The position numbers and the translations under genes are program-made. The notes beneath the pieces were generated by a model that searched no databases, was not told where the DNA came from, and worked only from the letters and a program-made list of their open reading frames with translations. This document shows positions 31,645 to 41,308 of a DNA stretch of 64,000 nucleotides, in pieces; position 1 is the first letter of the stretch, and each line of letters starts with the position of its first letter. Source of the stretch: an uncultured Azospirillaceae bacterium (GTDB taxonomy: Bacteria; Pseudomonadota; Alphaproteobacteria; Rickettsiales; UBA3002); NCBI GenBank assembly GCA_964352815.1, contig CAYGTO010000009.1:5012-69011 (forward strand). The letters are read 5' to 3'.

Positions 31645-32637
31645 ATGCGTAAGATTTTGATTACGGGCGGCGCGGGGTTTATTGGATCCAATATAGCGAA
31701 CAGCATTGCGGATGGAGGCGAGTACCATGCGGTGGTGTGTGACCGCTTTGGTCAGGATGATAAATGGCATAACATCTCTAAGCACCCGATCTATGAAATT
31801 ATTACGCCAGAAGAAATGTTCTATTGGCTCGAAGGGAATGTGGGTGAAATTGAAGCCGTGATCCATATGGGGGCAATTTCTTCAACCACAGAAACCGATG
31901 TGGACCTGATTCTCGAAAATAACTTCTCACTCTCAAAACTGCTCTGGAGCTGGTGTGCTGACCAAGGGGTGCGCTTTATTTATGCTTCCTCGGCAGCGTC
32001 GTATGGCGATGGGTCGCAAGGGTTTGATGATGATATGGAGGCGGCCGCTTTACAAAAGCTTAAGCCGATGAATGCCTATGGTTGGAGCAAGTGGTTGTTC
32101 GATCAATTTGTCGCAGCAAGCTTGCGTAATGAAGAGCCGTCACCGCCCCAATGGGCTGGGCTGCGTTTCTTCAATGTCTATGGGCCAAATGAATATCACA
32201 AGGGGACACAGCAAAGCGTGGCGAGCCGTATTTTTCCTCATGCGCAAGCAGGCCGGCCCGTGCAGCTGTTTAAATCTTACAATGATAAATATTCAGATGG
32301 TGGCCAGCTTCGTGATTTTATCTATGTTAGAGACTGCGTTGATGTGATGCATTGGCTACTAGAGAATGAAGGGGTTTCAGGTCTGTTTAACCTCGGCACG
32401 GGTGAAGCGCGCAGCTTCGAAGACCTCGCAAAGGCAGTGTTTGAATCTGTCGGCAATGAGCCGGCGGTTAACTACATTAGCATGCCGGAAGAGTTGAAGC
32501 CGAAATACCAATATTTCACCGAAGCAAAAATGGATCGCTTACGGGCAGCAGGGTATGCGAGGCCGTTCACGAGCCTGGAAGATGGTGTGAAAGACTACGT
32601 GAAACAGTATTTGGCCCGTGAAGATAAGTATTTTTAG
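31645..32637 (+). CDS. hldD: ADP-L-glycero-D-manno-heptose 6-epimerase
   Basis: TGGAGFIGSN, HMGAISSTTE, YASSAASYG, YGWSK, RDFIYV, YQYFTEA. Confidence 0.9.
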   Translation: MRKILITGGAGFIGSNIANSIADGGEYHAVVCDRFGQDDKWHNISKHPIYEIITPEEMFYWLEGNVGEIEAVIHMGAISSTTETDVDLILENNFSLSKLLWSWCADQGVRFIYASSAASYGDGSQGFDDDMEAAALQKLKPMNAYGWSKWLFDQFVAASLRNEEPSPPQWAGLRFFNVYGPNEYHKGTQQSVASRIFPHAQAGRPVQLFKSYNDKYSDGGQLRDFIYVRDCVDVMHWLLENEGVSGLFNLGTGEARSFEDLAKAVFESVGNEPAVNYISMPEELKPKYQYFTEAKMDRLRAAGYARPFTSLEDGVKDYVKQYLAREDKYF

Positions 32638-33450
32638 GTGCTCGCCTTTCCCGAAATAGACCCGATTGCATTCTCGATTGGTCCATTAATCGTGCGCTGG
32701 TATGCGCTTGCCTATATGGCTGGAATCATTGGTGGGTTTTTCTGCATTGGCCATTTGAATCAACACTTTCCTCATGGCGCAGCGCCCCTTCTTTCTAAAA
32801 AGGCCATGGACGACATCATGCTTTGGGCAGTGCTCGGCGTCGTGCTAGGCGGACGGCTGGGGTATGTATTGTTTTATCACCCTGAATATTTTGCGGGGCA
32901 CCCGGCGGATATTGTCAAAGTGTGGCAAGGGGGGATGAGTTTTCATGGCGGCATGCTTGGCGTGATTATCGCCTTTTATTGGTTTGCTAAGCGTCAATCG
33001 GTCGCGTTTTTGCCTTTGATGGATCTGGTGGCAGCAGCGGCCCCGATCGGCTTGTTCTTTGGGCGCATTGCGAACTTCGTTAATGGTGAGCTTTATGGGC
33101 GCGTCACTGACCCAGACGTAGCCCCGCTTGCGATGGTGTTCCCGCGTGGCGGATCGCTGCCGCGCCATCCGAGCCAGCTTTACGAGGCAGGGCTGGAGGG
33201 GCTTGTTTTATTTACTGTGATCGTGTTGTTTATTTACACACGGCATGCGCTTAAAAAACCGGGCACAGTCTCGGGTGTGTTTTTGTTGGGCTATGGCTTG
33301 TCGCGCTTCATCGTCGAGTTTTTCCGTGAACCGGATGCGCATTTGGGGCTGCTCTTATTTGATTTCTCGATGGGGCAATGGCTGTGCGTGCCGATGGTGT
33401 TGCTTGGTGTTTACATGATTCGTCAGGCACAAATGAAAACAGACTCATGA
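32638..33450 (+). CDS. lgt: Prolipoprotein diacylglyceryl transferase
   Basis: RWYALAY, GGRLGYVLFY, GGMSFHGG, RHPSQLYE. Confidence 0.95.
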   Translation: MLAFPEIDPIAFSIGPLIVRWYALAYMAGIIGGFFCIGHLNQHFPHGAAPLLSKKAMDDIMLWAVLGVVLGGRLGYVLFYHPEYFAGHPADIVKVWQGGMSFHGGMLGVIIAFYWFAKRQSVAFLPLMDLVAAAAPIGLFFGRIANFVNGELYGRVTDPDVAPLAMVFPRGGSLPRHPSQLYEAGLEGLVLFTVIVLFIYTRHALKKPGTVSGVFLLGYGLSRFIVEFFREPDAHLGLLLFDFSMGQWLCVPMVLLGVYMIRQAQMKTDS

Positions 33451-33483
33451 CAAAGTGATTATTCTCATTCAAAATAGCAGGCA

Positions 33484-34557
33484 ATGAATGCACTGTTAGA
33501 CATTATCAAAGACCAGATTGCTCAAGACGGCCCGCTTTCCGTGGCCGACTATATGCAGCTATGTTTGGGACATCCAGAGCATGGCTATTACATGAAATAT
33601 GACCCGTTCGGCAGGGAAGGGGACTTTATTACCTCGCCGGAGATAAGCCAGATTTTTGGCGAATTGCTAGGGTTGTGGTGCGCGGATATGTGGCAGCAGA
33701 TGGGCGGAGGCCCGGCAGCTCTAGTTGAGATTGGCCCGGGCCGCGGCACGCTGATGAAAGATGCGCTACGCGCGACGCAGCAACTGCCGGGCTTCCATGA
33801 CCATCTCACCATCCATATGATTGAAACCAGCCCACGCCTGGCGAACATGCAGTATCATGCGTTGCGTGAGATGCATCCGCGTATCGAATGGCTCGATGGC
33901 ATTCAGGAGTTGCCGGCAAAACCGGTTTTATTGGTCGCGAATGAGTTTTTTGATGCACTCCCAATTAAGCAGTTTGTCAAAACCGCGAACGGGCTCGAAG
34001 AGCGCAAAGTCGATTGGGATGACGAAGAGCAGAAGCTTGTTTTCATTACCCAGCCGGCAGGTCTGTCGCTTGCGAAAGGCAATGACGGGCTGGCGGAAGG
34101 CAAGATAGTTGAAAGCTGTCCGGCGGCGCGCGGGGTGATGGGGGATATCGCTTCGCATATGGCGCAGCATGGCGGTGCTAGCGTCATCATCGATTATGGC
34201 TATATCGGCGAAGCGCAATCGGATACGCTGCAAGCGGTGAAGGCGCATCAATTTGCCTCAGTGCTCGATCAGCCAGGCGAAGCGGATCTTACGGCGCATG
34301 TTGATTTCTCGGCGCTCGCGGAAGTGGCGGAAGCCAAAAAGTTACGGTGTTTTGGTCCAGTCGATCAAGGAGCATTCTTAACGCGGCTTGGCGCCGAGAT
34401 TCGCGCGCAGAATTTGCTGAAAGTAGCGGCGCCTGACCAGAAAGAAGCGATCGTCTCGGGGTTGAGCCGGTTGATTGCGCCCGAACAGATGGGCACCTTG
34501 TTTAAAGTGCTCGCCGTGACCTCGAGCGTGTCAGTGGTGCCGAATGGATTCGGTTAA
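33484..34557 (+). CDS. SAM-dependent methyltransferase MidA/NDUFAF7 family
   Basis: GDFITSPEISQIFGE, EIGPGRGTL, ANEFFDALP, DLTAHVDF. Confidence 0.92.
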   Translation: MNALLDIIKDQIAQDGPLSVADYMQLCLGHPEHGYYMKYDPFGREGDFITSPEISQIFGELLGLWCADMWQQMGGGPAALVEIGPGRGTLMKDALRATQQLPGFHDHLTIHMIETSPRLANMQYHALREMHPRIEWLDGIQELPAKPVLLVANEFFDALPIKQFVKTANGLEERKVDWDDEEQKLVFITQPAGLSLAKGNDGLAEGKIVESCPAARGVMGDIASHMAQHGGASVIIDYGYIGEAQSDTLQAVKAHQFASVLDQPGEADLTAHVDFSALAEVAEAKKLRCFGPVDQGAFLTRLGAEIRAQNLLKVAAPDQKEAIVSGLSRLIAPEQMGTLFKVLAVTSSVSVVPNGFG

Positions 34558-34566
34558 TATACATGG

Positions 34567-34635
34567 TGTCACCCCGTCTTCATGGCGGGGTCCGGGGACA
34601 AACGCTACAGACCCCGTGACAAGCACGGGGTGGCA
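34567..34635. repeat. REP/RPE-like palindromic element
   Basis: TGTCACCCCG..CGGGGTC...GACCCCGTG-ACAAG-CACGGGGTGGCA: two hairpins within near-inverted termini. Confidence 0.75.
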
Positions 34636-34650
34636 GATTAGAGCAAACCT

Positions 34651-35544
34651 ATGAAACCCCGATCTTATAGAAGCGCTGTTCTTTCACAGGCGAGCGTTGC
34701 CGAGCATGGTTTTTTCACGGCCAAAGGGGGTGTGAGCGAAGGAATGTATGCGAGCCTGAATTGTGGGCCAGGCTCAGACGATCACCCGGAGCATGTTTTA
34801 GAAAACCGGAGGCGTGTGGCTGAAACCATGCGCTTTGAACCAGAAAGCCTCTGCACATTATATCAAATTCATAGCGCTACATGTCAGGTGGTTACTGAGT
34901 CATGGGCGCAGAGCGATGCACCACAAGCCGATGCGATGGTGACGAATCAACCCGGATTATTATTGGGGATCTTAACAGCCGATTGTGCCCCTATTTTGTT
35001 TGCCGATGCGAAGGCCGGCGTCGCCGGCGCGGCCCACGCGGGTTGGAAGGGCGCGCTGGGCGGGGTGCTGGAAAATACATTGGAGCAGATGGAAGCATTG
35101 GGCGCAGACCGCACGCGGATTGTCGCAGCGATTGGGCCGTGTATTCATCGCGCCTCCTATGAGGTGAGTGAGGAATTTCTGATTCCCTTTTGTGAAGATG
35201 ATCCGGAGAATGAGCGGTTTTTTATTGAAGCAGCAAAAAAACGGCATCCTGAGGAGTCACGCCGTAGCGTTAGCGAAGGCGGACGACGTGAGGACCTCGG
35301 GCAGTCGAGTGAGATTTCTCGTCGGCCTAATGGCCTCGCTCGAAATGACGGGGTAAAACGCTACCATTTCGATCTTCCCTCCTATCTTCTCTCGCGTGCA
35401 CAAAAAGCAGGCTTGCAGCGGATCGAAAGCCTCGCTATAGATACCTACCCAGAAGAGAACCACTGTTTCAGCAACCGTCGGCGTACGCACAAAGGTGAGT
35501 CGGATTACGGAAGGCAGATCAGTGTCATTGGATTGAAGGAGTAA
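34651..35544 (+). CDS. pgeF: Peptidoglycan editing factor / purine nucleoside phosphorylase PgeF (YfiH) with in-frame repeat insertion
   Basis: QIHS, ADAMVT, LTADCAPILF, AAHAGWKG, IGPCI; extra segment of about 36 aa encoded by 35242-35350. Confidence 0.9.
   Translation: MKPRSYRSAVLSQASVAEHGFFTAKGGVSEGMYASLNCGPGSDDHPEHVLENRRRVAETMRFEPESLCTLYQIHSATCQVVTESWAQSDAPQADAMVTNQPGLLLGILTADCAPILFADAKAGVAGAAHAGWKGALGGVLENTLEQMEALGADRTRIVAAIGPCIHRASYEVSEEFLIPFCEDDPENERFFIEAAKKRHPEESRRSVSEGGRREDLGQSSEISRRPNGLARNDGVKRYHFDLPSYLLSRAQKAGLQRIESLAIDTYPEENHCFSNRRRTHKGESDYGRQISVIGLKE
35242..35350. repeat. REP/RPE-like element inserted in frame within pgeF
   Basis: CGGCATCCTGAG...GAGATTTCTCG...CTCGAAATGACG termini resemble the intergenic copies at 37195 and 42041. 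Confidence 0.8.
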
Positions 35545-35559
35545 CGGGTTAAAGGAAGT

Positions 35560-35630
35560 GAGGGCAGCAGTACGAACCCTTTAGTCGCAAAGCGTTAGTT
35601 TCATCGCGCGTAACAGAAGTGCAGCGCGGG
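35560..35630 (+). repeat. Conserved structured leader element upstream of ilvE
   Basis: Near-identical to 53750-53822, with an identical 29-nt core CATCGCGCGTAACAGAAGTGCAGCGCGGG. Confidence 0.8.
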
Positions 35631-35648
35631 AAAGGAAAAGAGAGAACT

Positions 35649-36542
35649 ATGACAGAGCTTGTTCCATTTGATAAGCGTGAGGGATGGATTTGGGTCAATG
35701 GTGTGATGACGCCATGGCAGGAATCAAAGACGCATATTTTGAGCCATGGGCTGCATTATGCATCGAGCGTGTTCGAGGGTGAGCGCGCGTATAATGGCAA
35801 GATTTTTAAGAGCCGCGAACATTCTGAGCGTTTTAAACGCTCGGCTGAGTTGATCGGATTTGAAATTCCCTATTCAGTGGATGAGCTGCTCGAAGCCAAA
35901 GAGAAAGTCTTGAATGACAATAATGTGACTGATGGCTATGTTCGCCCGGTGGCTTGGTGTGGTAGTAAGAAAATGGCCATTTCGGCGCAAGGCAACGAGG
36001 TGCATGTAGCAATTGCCGCATGGGAATGGCCGAATGTATTTGGCGGCGAAGATATTATGAAGACTGGCCTACGACTGACGGTTTCCGAATGGCAGCGCCC
36101 GGCCCCGAACACTGCGCCAACTGCGAGCAAGGCGGCGGGCCTGTATATGATTTGCACGCTCAGTAAGCATGCGGCCGAGAATGCAGGGTTCCATGATGCA
36201 TTGATGTTGGACTATCGCGGGCTTCTCGCAGAAGCAACCGGCGCGAATCTGTTTTTGGTGATGAATAATGAGCCGGGCAAGGAAGAGATTCACACGCCGA
36301 CGCCGGATTGTTTCCTCGATGGCATCACGCGGCGCACCGTGATGAAGCTGGCCGAAGAAAAGGGCTATAAGGTCGTCGAACGCCAGATTAAGCCCGAGGA
36401 ATTGGCAGATGCGAAGGAAGTGTTTGTCACCGGCACGGCGGCGGAAGTGAAACCCATCGCTTCGATAGACGCCTATAATTTTGAGGTAGGCCCTGTCGGC
36501 GCGGCGATAGCGGACGCCTACGCGGCCGAAGTAAGAAAGTAG
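35649..36542 (+). CDS. ilvE: Branched-chain amino acid aminotransferase
   Basis: HGLHYASSVFEG, YVRP, SKAAGLY, EATGANLF, FLDGITR, EVFVTGTAAEV. Confidence 0.93.
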   Translation: MTELVPFDKREGWIWVNGVMTPWQESKTHILSHGLHYASSVFEGERAYNGKIFKSREHSERFKRSAELIGFEIPYSVDELLEAKEKVLNDNNVTDGYVRPVAWCGSKKMAISAQGNEVHVAIAAWEWPNVFGGEDIMKTGLRLTVSEWQRPAPNTAPTASKAAGLYMICTLSKHAAENAGFHDALMLDYRGLLAEATGANLFLVMNNEPGKEEIHTPTPDCFLDGITRRTVMKLAEEKGYKVVERQIKPEELADAKEVFVTGTAAEVKPIASIDAYNFEVGPVGAAIADAYAAEVRK

Positions 36543-37151
36543 TTACTGTTTCAGCGCCCTGAAGCCTTTGATCGTATACTCAATGCCGGTGATGGCAGTG
36601 AGTAAGGCGGCCATTCCTATTAAATAGGGGAATGCAATGATGCCAATTAGCGAAGCGGCACCTACTATTTCAGGAACGTTGAGTGGTTCTTCCATGCCTT
36701 TTCCTCCCAAAACTCCAATCAATAACAGTGGCGGTATGACAGCAACCATCTGCATGGTTGTTTTCCATTTGGCTAGCTTGGTGACGTGAATGGTCACGCC
36801 CTTATTTTCAAGGGCTTCGCGTAGACCAGAGACAAACAACTCACGGCATATAATGATTACAACGCAACTAGTCAAAATGGGCCCTTCAATTAAGTTTATG
36901 TCTATGAAAACAAGCAATGCCGCAGCAACAAGTAGCTTATCGGCGATCGGGTCGAGCACGCGGCCAATGTCGGATTCCGCCTGCCATTTTCGTGCGAGAT
37001 AGCCGTCAAAGAAATCGGTGATGGCGGCGTAGAGAAAAAGCGCCAGCGGCAACCAGCCATACTGCGCCGCATCCAAATAGAACGCGCCGACGAAGAGTGG
37101 GATCACGGCGATACGACTGATGGTGAGGATGTTCGGGATGTGCTGTTTCAT
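36543..37151 (-). CDS. pgsA: CDP-diacylglycerol--glycerol-3-phosphate 3-phosphatidyltransferase
   Basis: PNILTISR, TDFFDGYLAR..G..LDPIADK, KWKT..QM; downstream of uvrC. Confidence 0.92.
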   Translation of the reverse strand: MKQHIPNILTISRIAVIPLFVGAFYLDAAQYGWLPLALFLYAAITDFFDGYLARKWQAESDIGRVLDPIADKLLVAAALLVFIDINLIEGPILTSCVVIIICRELFVSGLREALENKGVTIHVTKLAKWKTTMQMVAVIPPLLLIGVLGGKGMEEPLNVPEIVGAASLIGIIAFPYLIGMAALLTAITGIEYTIKGFRALKQ

Positions 37152-37162
37152 AAGGAGTAGAA

Positions 37163-37186
37163 TACGGGAATGCGGGAATGTGGGAA
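37163..37186. repeat. Short 8-mer tandem repeat
   Basis: TACGGGAA-TGCGGGAA-TGTGGGAA. Confidence 0.5.
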
Positions 37187-37194
37187 AGAAAAAA

Positions 37195-37277
37195 CGTCAC
37201 CCTGAGAGAGTGAAGCGACCGAAGGATCTTCCCTGCGGGTGGCGCGATAGATCCTTCGCCTTCGGCTCAGGATGACG
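37195..37277. repeat. REP-like palindromic element (GTCA.CCTGAG...CTCAGGATGAC family)
   Basis: Terminal inverted repeats CGTCACCCTGAG / CTCAGGATGACG and inner GAAGGATCT / AGATCCTTC. Confidence 0.85.
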
Positions 37278-37281
37278 ATAT

Positions 37282-39135
37282 TTAAGAATCCAAAAAATAT
37301 TCGTAGATTTGCTTTGCGATGGTCTTGGAAATCCCCTCGACTTTTTCCAGTTCCGCCAGGCTAGCGCGCTGCACTTCTTTAGCGGAGCCGAAATGATGGA
37401 GCAGGGCGCGTTTGCGCGTCGCGCCAATGCCTGGGATATCGTCGAGTTCTGACTTCGAAAGGGCCTTGCTACGTTTAACGCGGTGCGAAGTGATGGCGAA
37501 ACGATGCACCTCATCGCGCAGCCGCTGCAGGTAGTGCAAGGTAGCATCATTCACTGGAAGCTGAAATGGCTCACGGCCGGGCATATGAAATTGTTCGCGC
37601 CCTGCATTGCGGTCCGGGCCTTTGGAGATCGCAACCGTGGTGACGTCGGTGACGCCGAGTTCAGCAAAGATCTCACACACCGCGGTGAGCTGGCCCTGGC
37701 CACCATCGATCAGCACCAGATCGGGCCACATCCCTTGCGTGCGATCGGGGTCTTCTTTTTGCAGCCGAGAGAAACGGCGGGTGAAGACCTCGCGCATCAT
37801 CGCATAATCATCGCCTGGCTCGAGCGTCTCGCTCTTAATGTTATAGCGGCGATAACCATTCTTATTCAGCCCCTCTGGGCCTGCCATCACCATCGCACCC
37901 ACCGCATAGCTACCGGCGATGTGCGAGTTATCATAGACTTCGATTTGCTCAGGCGGGGCGTCCATGCCGAAGGGCTTCTGCACATTATCAAGATGCGTTT
38001 TCTCATTCATCGATTCGCGCAGTTTGGTTTCGAGCGCATTTTTTGCCGCGGCAAGCGCTTGATCAGTCAGCTTCTTTTTGTCACCGCGCTGCGGGAGGAA
38101 GAGCGAGACTTTATGCTCCGCTTTAAGACTCAGCGCTTCCGAAAGCACCTCTTCTGCTTCAATAGGCTCGGAATAGATGATTTCTTTTGGCGGGGTGCGG
38201 GTGGTGTAGAATTGTGCAATAAAAGCGGCCAGTGCGCTTTCATTCGCGTAGTCGCTGCTCACGCGCGGGGAAAAATGCTGCGCACCAAAATATTGCCCGC
38301 TGCGAAAGAACATGACGTAAATCGCGGTGGCCGATTCTTCGCGCACCATGGCGAACACATCCGCGTCAGACACGCCAGCAGCATAAAAGCCTTGATTTTG
38401 CTGCACCTGAGTGAGCGCGCTGATGCGGTTCCTAAGCTCGGCCGCTTTCTCATAATCCATGGCTTCGCTGGCGGCGAGCATCTGCTCTTTGAGTGTTTCT
38501 TGAATGTCCCGACTTTTACCCGAAAGGAAGCGTTTCGCTTGGTCCATCAGCTCGCCATAGGCGTCTTTGCTAATGTAATCAACGCATGGTGCGGAGCAGC
38601 GCTTGATCTGATATTGCAGGCAGGGGCGGGTGCGGTTGGCAAAGACATGGTCGGTGCAGGGGCGCAGTAAAAAGGCGCGCTGCAGGGTGGTGATGGTTTG
38701 ATTGACTGCGCCGGCATTGGCGAAGGGGCCGAAATAGGTGCCTTTGGTTTTTTGTGCTCCGCGATGTTTTTGAATTTGCGGAAATTCATGGTCTTCGCGT
38801 AGCAAAATATAAGGGAAGCTCTTATCATCGCGCAGCAGGATATTATAGCGCGGCTTCAGCTTCTTGATCAAATTGGCTTCGAGGAGTAGTGCCTCAGCTT
38901 CGGTCGCGGTCTCGACAATCTCCATCGATCGCGTATGGCCGACCATGGTCATGATACGGCGATTGAGACCGCTGGTGCTGATATAGTTCGACACCCGGTT
39001 TTTTAGATTTCGCGCTTTGCCAACATAGAGCACATTGGCGTGCTCATCGAGCATGCGATACACACCGGCGCCTGAGCCGAGATTCGCTACCACATCTCGG
39101 ATCACTTGCGCCCCTATTTCAAAGCTTGAAGTCAT
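37282..39135 (-). CDS. uvrC: Excinuclease ABC subunit C
   Basis: GVYRM..LYVGKA GIY-YIG domain, EVYDNSH, LIDGGQGQ, RDEVHRFA, HhH tail; start at MTSSFEIG. Confidence 0.95.
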   Translation of the reverse strand: MTSSFEIGAQVIRDVVANLGSGAGVYRMLDEHANVLYVGKARNLKNRVSNYISTSGLNRRIMTMVGHTRSMEIVETATEAEALLLEANLIKKLKPRYNILLRDDKSFPYILLREDHEFPQIQKHRGAQKTKGTYFGPFANAGAVNQTITTLQRAFLLRPCTDHVFANRTRPCLQYQIKRCSAPCVDYISKDAYGELMDQAKRFLSGKSRDIQETLKEQMLAASEAMDYEKAAELRNRISALTQVQQNQGFYAAGVSDADVFAMVREESATAIYVMFFRSGQYFGAQHFSPRVSSDYANESALAAFIAQFYTTRTPPKEIIYSEPIEAEEVLSEALSLKAEHKVSLFLPQRGDKKKLTDQALAAAKNALETKLRESMNEKTHLDNVQKPFGMDAPPEQIEVYDNSHIAGSYAVGAMVMAGPEGLNKNGYRRYNIKSETLEPGDDYAMMREVFTRRFSRLQKEDPDRTQGMWPDLVLIDGGQGQLTAVCEIFAELGVTDVTTVAISKGPDRNAGREQFHMPGREPFQLPVNDATLHYLQRLRDEVHRFAITSHRVKRSKALSKSELDDIPGIGATRKRALLHHFGSAKEVQRASLAELEKVEGISKTIAKQIYEYFLDS

Positions 39136-39181
39136 ACCTTGTTCTAGCACCCGTTTAGAACGATACCAAACCCGAAGAATC

Positions 39182-39190
39182 TGTGGATAA
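39182..39190 (-). promoter_or_regulatory. DnaA box
   Basis: TGTGGATAA = perfect TTATCCACA on the minus strand, about 47 bp upstream of uvrC. Confidence 0.55.
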
Positions 39191-39443
39191 CTATGTGTAA
39201 CTTTCACGAGACAGCTGAGAAAGTTAATGAAAAGACAGGGTTGCTGCGAATCTGTCACAATTCTCTATTGTGGGCCTAACCTATTGTTTCAGTTAATTAA
39301 ATGCTTCTCATAATGAGACGGTACTTAGAAGTGCGCTCCGAGTGTGGCAGATCTATCACGCATAGAGCGCTGTGTGCATAGTTTGATCGAAGCAACCGTT
39401 CAGCTGCGCCTAAATAAGGCACAGATATACCAGAATAATATGG

Positions 39444-40181
39444 CTAGCTATGCTTCGCATGCATACCGGAATTCAGCGCGATGGACTGGCCGGTGATGCT
39501 CGGAGTGGTGAGTAGATAATCAATCGTTTGGCACACTTCTTCAGGGGTGCTCGTGCGTTTCAGCGGGGTGTTCTCGGCAAGCCGGGTAAACGCAGCCTCA
39601 TCGAAATTTTCATCGGGAATGGTTGGCCCCATCGCGATGGCATTAATGCGAATAGCGGGGGCCAGTTCAGCGGCCAGCATCGATGTCATGCGAGACAGCA
39701 TGCCCTTGCTCATACTGTAAGTCAGAAAATGCGTGCCATAGCTTACCGATTCCATCCCATCCGTGAGGTTAATGATGTTACCATCCTGCACATCAGTTTG
39801 CGTCGCCATATCGCGAATCAGCTGCAAAGGCGCGTAGACATGAAGCTGCATATGCGCGGTGAGCGTGTCTTCGGTAAAGGAATGCAGCTCATCACGCACA
39901 AAGAGTGAGGCATTATTGATCAGCAGTGACACCGGGCCCATCGCCTCATGAATGGTGGGAATGAGGCGTGCCGCTTGTTGAAGCTGGGTCAAATCAGCGG
40001 CAAAAAGCAGACATTGACGGCCTAGCTCTTCAATTTCCTTTTGTGTTTCCTGCGCTGCGGCTTCGGAGCGGTTGTAATGCAGCGCAATGTCCCAGCCACT
40101 ACGCGCCAGATGCAGGGCGATCTCGCGACCCACGCGCTTTGCGCCGCCAGTAATTAGGGCAATGTGTGAGGTGTGTGTCAT
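39444..40181 (-). CDS. SDR family oxidoreductase (pteridine reductase/FolM-like)
   Basis: TGGAKRVG, LINNAS, Y..SK, INAIA.G. Confidence 0.88.
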   Translation of the reverse strand: MTHTSHIALITGGAKRVGREIALHLARSGWDIALHYNRSEAAAQETQKEIEELGRQCLLFAADLTQLQQAARLIPTIHEAMGPVSLLINNASLFVRDELHSFTEDTLTAHMQLHVYAPLQLIRDMATQTDVQDGNIINLTDGMESVSYGTHFLTYSMSKGMLSRMTSMLAAELAPAIRINAIAMGPTIPDENFDEAAFTRLAENTPLKRTSTPEEVCQTIDYLLTTPSITGQSIALNSGMHAKHS

Positions 40182-40255
40182 TTCCTACTGACACATAGGC
40201 TTTGATTTGCTATATCGCAAGCGCGAAGGGTGAAACGAACATAAAAAGAGGCGTT

Positions 40256-41191
40256 ATGAAACTACTCGCTGGCAACAGCAACCCTGCGCTCGCGCAGGCC
40301 ATGGCTGATTATCTAGATGTCCCTCTCGCCCATGCAGAGATTAAACGTTTTGCGGATAATGAAGTGTTTGTCGAGATCGAAGAGAATGTGCGCGGCGAAG
40401 ATGTGTTTCTAATTCAATCAACCTCCTTCCCTGCGAACGATAATATCATGGAATTACTGATCATTATGGATGCGCTGAAGCGTGCCTCCGCCAAGCGCAT
40501 TACCGCAGTGATGCCATATTTCGGTTATGCACGCCAAGACCGGAAGCCGGGGCCACGCACGCCGATTTCGGCGAAATTGGTGGCGAATTTGATTACCTCC
40601 GCTGGCGCGGATCGCGTGCTTACGGTCGATCTTCATGCGGGGCAGATTCAGGGCTTTTTTGATATTCCGCTTGATCATCTTTATGCGCGGCCGGTTATTG
40701 TGAAGGATATTGAAGAGCATTTCCCGGAAACCGACAAGCTGACCATTGTCTCGCCCGATGTGGGTGGGGTGGTGCGCGCCCGCTCGCTGGCGAGCCGGAT
40801 TCATGCCGATCTGGCGATTGTCGATAAGCGCCGCGACAAGGCGAACCAATCGGAAGTGATGAACATTATTGGCGATATTGATGGTAAAGATTGCATTATT
40901 TTTGATGATATTGTTGATACGGCCGGAACGCTGTGCAATGCCGCGCAAGCGCTGAGAGATCAAGGTGCGCGCAGCGTGTCGGCCTATGTGACGCATGGGG
41001 TGCTATCGGGCCCGGCGCTCGAGCGGGTGACGAATTCCTGCCTGAAATATCTCGTGGTAACCGATTCGATTGCGCCAACGGAAGCCATGGGCGGTGTGCC
41101 TAATTTGCGGGTTGTGTCGCTGGCGGGGCTTTTGGCGGAGGCTATCAAACGGATCAGCGAAGAAACCTCAGTCTCGAGCCTGTTTGACTAG
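40256..41191 (+). CDS. prs: Ribose-phosphate pyrophosphokinase
   Basis: [38 protein letters not shown]. Confidence 0.96.
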   Translation: MKLLAGNSNPALAQAMADYLDVPLAHAEIKRFADNEVFVEIEENVRGEDVFLIQSTSFPANDNIMELLIIMDALKRASAKRITAVMPYFGYARQDRKPGPRTPISAKLVANLITSAGADRVLTVDLHAGQIQGFFDIPLDHLYARPVIVKDIEEHFPETDKLTIVSPDVGGVVRARSLASRIHADLAIVDKRRDKANQSEVMNIIGDIDGKDCIIFDDIVDTAGTLCNAAQALRDQGARSVSAYVTHGVLSGPALERVTNSCLKYLVVTDSIAPTEAMGGVPNLRVVSLAGLLAEAIKRISEETSVSSLFD

Positions 41192-41308
41192 GCGCTATCT
41201 GGGGGTTGACTTCCTCCTTTTTTCCTTTTAAACCAACGCTTCCGGAATCATCCGGGTAACCCAAGGAAGTGGGCGTCGTAAACCCTCGACGTGCGCGAAG
41301 GAGAAAAA

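Noticed and set aside
37483-38670. 395-aa plus-strand ORF
   Set aside because: Lies entirely antisense to uvrC with no recognisable motifs; shadow ORF
39136-39258. N-terminal extensions in the ORF track (uvrC; also icd, mrp, the 3911 kinase, ilvE, prs, rplY and the 61-756 ORF)
   Set aside because: Downstream starts fit family N-termini and ribosome-binding sites better; the extensions run through regulatory DNA or neighbouring genes
39301-39381. 26-codon ORF MLLIMRRYLEVRSECGRSITHRALCA
   Set aside because: No ribosome-binding site or recognisable motif
41195-41305. Possible structured rplY (L25) leader
   Set aside because: Some hairpin potential, but I cannot match it to a defined family from sequence alone
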